Assembly: GCA_048939465.1 (NCBI GenBank)
Contig: JBHLPL010000056.1
Location: forward strand, 1-12,492
DNA length: 12,492 nt
Reading direction: 5' to 3'
DNA from: Promethearchaeota archaeon
GTDB lineage: Archaea; Asgardarchaeota; Odinarchaeia; Odinarchaeales; JBHLKK01
Each line of letters begins with the position of its first letter. Position 1 is the stretch's first letter. The notes beneath the pieces are model-generated. The model had not been told where the DNA came from. It saw only the letters and a program-made list of their open reading frames with translations, and did not search any database. The translations under genes were made by a program, and so were the position numbers. Below are positions 8,093 through 12,492 of this stretch, in pieces.

Positions 8093-8120
8093 CTAATAAC
8101 TGCCATTTTTAGAGGAAAGA

Positions 8121-8221
8121 TTCTGACACTAATTCATTCTTCGTGTTTTTTCTTTCCTTTCTCATGCTCATTTATCAACAATAGCTTTAAGTTTGAAACA
8201 GTGAATTAAGTGCCATCAGAA
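8121..8221. repeat. Long-range imperfect inverted repeat in the divergent fadD/hydrolase intergenic region
   Basis: Left arm TTCTGACACTAATTCA (8121-8136) pairs with right arm TGAATTAaGTGccaTCAGAA (8202-8221): 16 bp with one 1-nt and one 3-nt bulge. Confidence 0.4.
8179..8192 (+). promoter_or_regulatory. Putative TATA box for the alpha/beta hydrolase
   Basis: CAATAG-CTTTAAGT, ~55 nt upstream of ATG 8248. It resembles the AAAG-CTTTTAAG element before the dehydrogenase gene. Confidence 0.4.
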
Positions 8222-8247
8222 CTGAGACTAGATGAGACCTGAAGGTC

Positions 8248-9072
8248 ATGGCTTTGAAAATCGAAGAAGTGAGTTTCCAGTCTCATGACGCAAGAATCGC
8301 TGGCCTTCTCTACATCCCAGATTCAGCACCGTCAGCGGGTTTAGTATTCTGTCATGGAATGAGCAAATGGGGATTCAGAAAAAGCAGCCTATACAGAAGG
8401 TTTATGGAAAATGCATGCAGAAGTGGCTATGCGTCTCTAATTTTCGATTTCAGAGGTTCTGGAAACTCCTCAGGATCCTTTGACTATGGTTTTAAGGAAC
8501 GCTTAGACGTCAAAGCAGCAATTAAGTACTTGTCTTCTCGAGAAGAAGTCATTTCTGATAAGATATTTGTAGTTGGGCATAGTCTGGGAGGGATAATGGC
8601 TGCCTACGCAGTAAGGAACGAAACCACGGTCAAAGGATTAGCTCTATGGTCAACACCTCCGAAGGAATATTACACTATTAAGAATTTTATTATAAATCAA
8701 AGGGGTGCGTTGGGCTATGTCGGTTTTGTTCTTCTGTCGTATCTAGACAGAGTTATTCATCTGGAAAACGCCGATATGAAGATCTTTGGCATCCCACTAA
8801 GACTCAGACTTGTCCGCAAAAAATTCATGACCCTTAGCGCAGATGAAGTGTTGTCAATCATGCCGCCTAAACCTACACTCGTTGTAATTGGCGATAGTGA
8901 TGAGTATGTTACTCTAAGAGAGGCGAGAATCCTTTATTCCTGCATTAAAGGAACAAGGAAATTCGTTGCCCTTCCTCAGACTAATCACTCTTTTGAAAAT
9001 AGAGAAAAAGAGGTAATTGACAAGACATTAGCATGGTTCAACAGGTTCCGAAATGATTCTACGGTAGAGTGA
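8248..9072 (+). CDS. Alpha/beta-fold serine hydrolase (esterase/thioesterase/peptidase-like)
   Basis: LVFCHG oxyanion motif, FDFRGSGNS, GHSLGG nucleophile elbow, GDSDEYV (Asp) and NHSF (His) complete the triad. Confidence 0.88.
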   Translation: MALKIEEVSFQSHDARIAGLLYIPDSAPSAGLVFCHGMSKWGFRKSSLYRRFMENACRSGYASLIFDFRGSGNSSGSFDYGFKERLDVKAAIKYLSSREEVISDKIFVVGHSLGGIMAAYAVRNETTVKGLALWSTPPKEYYTIKNFIINQRGALGYVGFVLLSYLDRVIHLENADMKIFGIPLRLRLVRKKFMTLSADEVLSIMPPKPTLVVIGDSDEYVTLREARILYSCIKGTRKFVALPQTNHSFENREKEVIDKTLAWFNRFRNDSTVE

Positions 9073-9097
9073 TGCGATCTTGCTTTTCTTTCGATGA
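9073..9097 (+). terminator. Possible T-rich terminator between the convergent hydrolase and hydratase genes
   Basis: CTTGCTTTTCTTTC directly after the hydrolase TGA. Confidence 0.3.
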
Positions 9098-9886
9098 TTA
9101 CTCACCTTTGAATTCTGGCTCGCTTTTTGACATGAAGGACGAAATGCCTTCTACGACATCTTTGGTAGCCCGGAGAAGCCCAAAAGCCTCCGACTCGACC
9201 ATGAGTCCAATATTCAAAGGCACCTGAGTGGCCAGATTCAACAGCCTTTTTGCGTATTTCAGAGCTATTGGTGGTCCCGAAGCTAATTTCTTGGCCAGGA
9301 CTTTTGTCTGTTCCATCAGGTTCTCTGAGCGTACAACCTTGTTAACCAGCCCTACTCTCAAAGCCTCATCAGCACCAATTTGCTCTCCAAGCATCACCAG
9401 TTCTTTGGCCTTGGCGAGTCCGCATATTCTTACTAACCTCTGCGTGCCCCCCCATCCGGGTATCAGACCCAGCTTTATCTCCGGATTTCCAAAAGTTGCA
9501 TGTTCTGCAGCTATCCTGAAATCACAGGCCAGTGATAACTCCAGTCCTCCGCCAAGACAATATCCGTTTATTGCTGCGATATACGGTTTACTTGATTTTT
9601 CGATTTTTCCGAATATATCTTGACCTGTGGCGGACCCCTCCTCTGCAGTAATCGCAGTTAGGGTTGGAAATACGGTTACGTCTGCCCCCGAGCTGAAAGA
9701 CCTTTCTCCTGCCCCGGTGATTACAACCACTTTCGTTTCTTTGTCCTGCTCAGCTTTCTCAATAGTGGCCAGGAATGCTTCAGCCATGTCTACTGAGATT
9801 GCATTTAATCTGTGTGGCCTGTTGAGTGTTATCCAGCCAATTCCTCCCTCGCTCTTATACGTAACAGCTTCTTCCTTTTTAGCCAT
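9098..9886 (-). CDS. crt: Enoyl-CoA hydratase (crotonase); possibly the frameshift-separated C-terminal half of a HADH-ECH fusion
   Basis: WITLNRPHRLNAI, FSSGADV, GGGLELSLACD and FGNPEIKLGLIPGWGGTQRL (both catalytic Glu present). ATG 9886 overlaps the end of the dehydrogenase ORF. Confidence 0.9.
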   Translation of the reverse strand: MAKKEEAVTYKSEGGIGWITLNRPHRLNAISVDMAEAFLATIEKAEQDKETKVVVITGAGERSFSSGADVTVFPTLTAITAEEGSATGQDIFGKIEKSSKPYIAAINGYCLGGGLELSLACDFRIAAEHATFGNPEIKLGLIPGWGGTQRLVRICGLAKAKELVMLGEQIGADEALRVGLVNKVVRSENLMEQTKVLAKKLASGPPIALKYAKRLLNLATQVPLNIGLMVESEAFGLLRATKDVVEGISSFMSKSEPEFKGE

Positions 9887-11060
9887 ATTCGTAGAACCCC
9901 CTTCCAGTCTTTTGTCCAAGTCGATTATCTTTCAGATATTCTTCTAGCAATGGGCACGGCTTGTACATTTCCTCCTTGTGTTTTTCGTATAGTTCATTCA
10001 ACTTGTTAACAACTAAATCTAGACCGATGTCGTCGCCAAGTTCACAAGGACCAGACGGCCAACCTGTACCAAACTTCATTGCTTTATCTATGTCTGCAGG
10101 ATCTGCTACATCTTCATGAATCAGAAAAGCAGCCTCATTGACCGATACAGCGTAAATCCTATCAATATCAAACTTGTCTGCAATATCAAAAGGTATTCGC
10201 GGTCTGCCAGAACTCCAATCATAGAAGCCCTGTTTGGTCTTTTGTCCCAATTTTCCGCTTTCAACCAGTGGAATTATTATCGGGCATAGTTTGACTCTTT
10301 CCCCATATGCGCCTTCCATAATCTTCCCAACTTCGTATGCGATGTCTAACCCGACGTAATCTGCAAGTTCAAATGCACCCATCGGAATTCCTGCTTGATA
10401 TTTGACTGCTGCATCCACTTCTTCTTTTGTCGCTTCGTTCCTGTAGACTGCCCAAAAGGCTTCATTGAAAACAACACCCAAGATTCTATTCACAATGAAG
10501 CCAATAACGTCTTTTCGTACCACAACTACTTCCTTTTTGAGTTTTTCTGCCAGCTCGACGGTTGTTTTTATTGTCTCGTCACTGGTCTGCTCTCCTTTGA
10601 TTACCTCAACAAGAGGCATCATCGCCGGCGGATTGAAGAAATGCATCCCAACAACTTTATCCTTTCTTTCGGTGGCTTTACCCATGTCTGTTATTCTTAG
10701 ACTCGAGGTATTGCTGGCTATAATCGCATGCTTTGGTGCTGCCCTATCGACGTCAGAAAAGACCCTCTTCTTGAGTTCTAGTTTTTCAGGAACTGCCTCA
10801 ATAACAAAATCCGCATCTTTAACGGCTTCCTCCAAGTTTGTGGTGGTCTTTATTCTTGAAATGGCAGCATCAGCATCTTCTTGTCTTATCCTGCGCTTTT
10901 CAACAAACTTCCCAAGGCTCCATTTGATTTGTTCCATTCCCTTCTGCAAAAACTCATCCTTTACGTCCATCATGATAACACTGTATCCTGCCACGCCTAA
11001 TATTTGAGCTATACCGTGTCCCATCGCTCCCGCTCCTATGGTAGCAACTCTTTTTACCAA
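9879..11060 (-). CDS. hbd: 3-hydroxyacyl-CoA dehydrogenase (NAD-binding domain plus duplicated C-terminal domain)
   Basis: IGAGAMGHGIA Rossmann motif, IEAVPE, ASNTSS, GMHFFNPP (catalytic His), GFIVNR, two LGxKTxxGFYxY/W repeats. TTG start with GGTGA SD 6 nt upstream. Confidence 0.92.
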   Translation of the reverse strand: MVKRVATIGAGAMGHGIAQILGVAGYSVIMMDVKDEFLQKGMEQIKWSLGKFVEKRRIRQEDADAAISRIKTTTNLEEAVKDADFVIEAVPEKLELKKRVFSDVDRAAPKHAIIASNTSSLRITDMGKATERKDKVVGMHFFNPPAMMPLVEVIKGEQTSDETIKTTVELAEKLKKEVVVVRKDVIGFIVNRILGVVFNEAFWAVYRNEATKEEVDAAVKYQAGIPMGAFELADYVGLDIAYEVGKIMEGAYGERVKLCPIIIPLVESGKLGQKTKQGFYDWSSGRPRIPFDIADKFDIDRIYAVSVNEAAFLIHEDVADPADIDKAMKFGTGWPSGPCELGDDIGLDLVVNKLNELYEKHKEEMYKPCPLLEEYLKDNRLGQKTGRGFYEYG

Positions 11061-11096
11061 TGTCTTTCACCAGTCTCGAAATATTCAACTTAGAAC

Positions 11097-11110
11097 CTTA
11101 AAAGCTTTCA
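11097..11110 (-). promoter_or_regulatory. Putative internal BRE/TATA promoter for hbd-crt
   Basis: Minus strand TGAAAG-CTTTTAAG, ~37-44 nt upstream of TTG 11060, in the 58-nt gap after the DUF35 gene. Confidence 0.45.
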
Positions 11111-11118
11111 TATACAGT

Positions 11119-11556
11119 TTATTCTTCAGATCTTATTGGGATGAATTCATATGTGGCACCCTCAGGGGTGAGTTTACCCTGTAACTTAACCTTCATCCCG
11201 ACTTTAGTTTCTGAGAACTTGGCTCCTGTTAACCACGCCAGTACCCTCACTCCATCTTCGAGTCTTGCTATGGCAACAGTATATGGTCGATGCCGTTGAA
11301 ATGAAGTGGGCTTAACCATGATGTGTGTGAATGCCTCAACTTCCCCCTCACCGCTCAATTCAACCCATTCTACATCGGATGATAAGCATTCACCACAATC
11401 CGCAACAGGCGGAAAATACAGTTTTCCGCACTTCTTGCATTTGGTTGTATATATTTTCCCTTCCTTGAGCCCTTCCCAGAACTTCAGGGTTTTGCTTATC
11501 GGTATTGCAAACACCAAATTCAACGGTCTTGAATCAATAGTTGGCATACCCTTCAA
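11119..11556 (-). CDS. DUF35 Zn-ribbon + OB-fold protein (thiolase partner / acyl-CoA-binding scaffold)
   Basis: KFWEGLKEGK, CKKCG...FPP...CGEC Zn ribbon, WVELSGEGEVEAFT, PYTVAIARLEDG, GMKV. Start is TTG 11556 (GAGGTGA SD 5 nt upstream) or GTG 11565 overlapping the thiolase stop. Confidence 0.92.
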   Translation of the reverse strand: MKGMPTIDSRPLNLVFAIPISKTLKFWEGLKEGKIYTTKCKKCGKLYFPPVADCGECLSSDVEWVELSGEGEVEAFTHIMVKPTSFQRHRPYTVAIARLEDGVRVLAWLTGAKFSETKVGMKVKLQGKLTPEGATYEFIPIRSEE

Positions 11557-11561
11557 GATAA

Positions 11562-12491
11562 TCACCTCTTTAGTATCGTTACGTAGCAGTAATGCCCAGT
11601 ACCACCAACATTATGGGCTAGTGCAATGTAATTCTTCAGTGGCACTTGTCTCTCTCGTTTCACTGCCTCTTCTCTTAGTTGTTTTGTGAGTTCGTATATC
11701 ATGCCACAACCTGTCGCACCAATCGGATGACCTTTGGCCTTTAAGCCGCCATCGACATTGACCGGGATTCTGCCTCCTATCTCGGTTTCTCCTTCCCTAA
11801 TTAGCTTTGCACCCTCTCCCCTCTTGCAGAAGCCTAAGTCCTCATAAGCCATTATTTCTGCTATCGTAAAGCAGTCATGAACGCATGCAACATCCGGATC
11901 GTCCGGGCCAATCTTTGCCATTTTGTAAGCCATCTTTCCTGCTTTAACGGCTGCTGGAAGGCCTACAAAATTCGGTCTCCTACTTAGATTCGCGGTACCT
12001 GAAGAGTAACCTGTGCCTGATATCCAAACTGGAGTATCTATCTTCAGTTCTTTTACCTTGTCTTCGGAAGCCAAAACCACTGCAGAAGCACCATCTGACA
12101 CTGGACAGCTGTCATAAAGCTTAATTGGCCAAGCTATCACATGAGATCCTAGCGCTTCTTCAATAGTAACTTCTTTCTGAAGTTGAGCGACAGGATTCAA
12201 TGCTGCATATTTGTGATTCTTGACAGCCACTCTCGCTAAGTCTTCTTCTGTGGTTCCATACTTATTCATATGGGCAACCGCATACAGAGCGTAATATGCT
12301 GGAAAGGTCATCCCGAAGTTTTGAAACTCCCATAAATAGTATCCTGCTCTTCCTATTATCTCAATAGTCGTAGGCATATCCGTTTCTCTCATTTTCTCTA
12401 GTCCGATTGCCGCTGCGATGTCAAATTGGCCACTTGCTATGCCAGAATAAGCTGTAAAGACAGCTGCACTGCCTGTAGCACAGGCTGCCTC
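11562..12491 (-). CDS. Acetyl-CoA C-acyltransferase (archaeal/SCP2-type thiolase), 5' truncated by window edge
   Basis: The frame stays open upstream of the ORF-track ATG 12392 to the window end. My translation is EAACATGSAAVFTAYSGIASGQFDIAAAIGLEKM, with the catalytic Cys at 12482-12480. Further motifs: HDCFT, GHPIGATG, HNVGG. Confidence 0.93.
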   Translation of the reverse strand, partial: EAACATGSAAVFTAYSGIASGQFDIAAAIGLEKMRETDMPTTIEIIGRAGYYLWEFQNFGMTFPAYYALYAVAHMNKYGTTEEDLARVAVKNHKYAALNPVAQLQKEVTIEEALGSHVIAWPIKLYDSCPVSDGASAVVLASEDKVKELKIDTPVWISGTGYSSGTANLSRRPNFVGLPAAVKAGKMAYKMAKIGPDDPDVACVHDCFTIAEIMAYEDLGFCKRGEGAKLIREGETEIGGRIPVNVDGGLKAKGHPIGATGCGMIYELTKQLREEAVKRERQVPLKNYIALAHNVGGTGHYCYVTILKR

Positions 12492-12492
12492 A

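Noticed and set aside
8232-8250. Small hairpin GACCT-GA-AGGTC over the hydrolase RBS, with an out-of-frame upstream ATG
   Set aside because: A 5-bp stem with a 2-nt loop is too weak and common to support a regulatory claim.
9897-9901. G5 homopolymer as the cause of the HADH/ECH frame break
   Set aside because: Losing a G there would destroy the conserved GFYEY motif (giving GSTNM), so any shift must come after it.
9887-9919. ORF-track upstream TTG start (MDKRLEGGSTN) of the hydratase
   Set aside because: It overlaps the conserved LGQKTGRGFYEY end of the dehydrogenase in another frame. ATG 9886 has a plausible SD.
10465-11007. 180-aa + strand ORF, plus other antisense ORFs (1343, 3543, 4149, 4651, 4899, 5218, 5512, 7009, 9228, 9627, 10395, 11306)
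   Set aside because: All lie antisense to conserved genes and have S/T/F/I/P-rich shadow composition with no recognisable motifs or expression signals.
12393-12492. Apparent intergenic region upstream of the thiolase ORF
   Set aside because: It is coding: the frame is open to the window edge and contains the catalytic EAACATG motif.
1-12492. CRISPR arrays, tRNA/rRNA, IS elements, riboswitches (e.g. a cobalamin riboswitch before the mutase), Sec/Pyl readthrough
   Set aside because: I saw no repeat-spacer periodicity, cloverleaf or transposase. The mutase leader (~30 nt) is too short for a cobalamin riboswitch. The internal stop at the HADH/ECH junction is TAA.

Overview
Archaeal-style genomic window (TATA/BRE promoters, GGTGA/GAGG ribosome-binding sites, split B12 mutase, thiolase-DUF35 pair). 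Bathyarchaeia or a related lineage is my guess only. It is mostly one acyl-CoA catabolic cluster on the minus strand: thiolase (5'-truncated), DUF35 Zn-ribbon/OB-fold, 3-hydroxyacyl-CoA dehydrogenase, enoyl-CoA hydratase, [alpha/beta hydrolase on +], FadD-like acyl-CoA ligase, B12-dependent acyl-CoA mutase large and small subunits, MeaB GTPase, CobA/CobO-type adenosyltransferase, and an APC permease. On + at the left end are the C-terminus of a Rad50/SbcC-like ATPase and an orphan 2-TM protein. Two main observations. (1) The mutase carries the isobutyryl-CoA mutase specificity residues (Phe and Gln in place of the Tyr89 and Arg207 of methylmalonyl-CoA mutase), which suggests an archaeal isobutyrate/valine -> n-butyryl-CoA -> beta-oxidation route. 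(2) The dehydrogenase and hydratase look like the usual archaeal bifunctional fusion gene split by a single extra base. I saw no RNA genes, CRISPR arrays or mobile elements.
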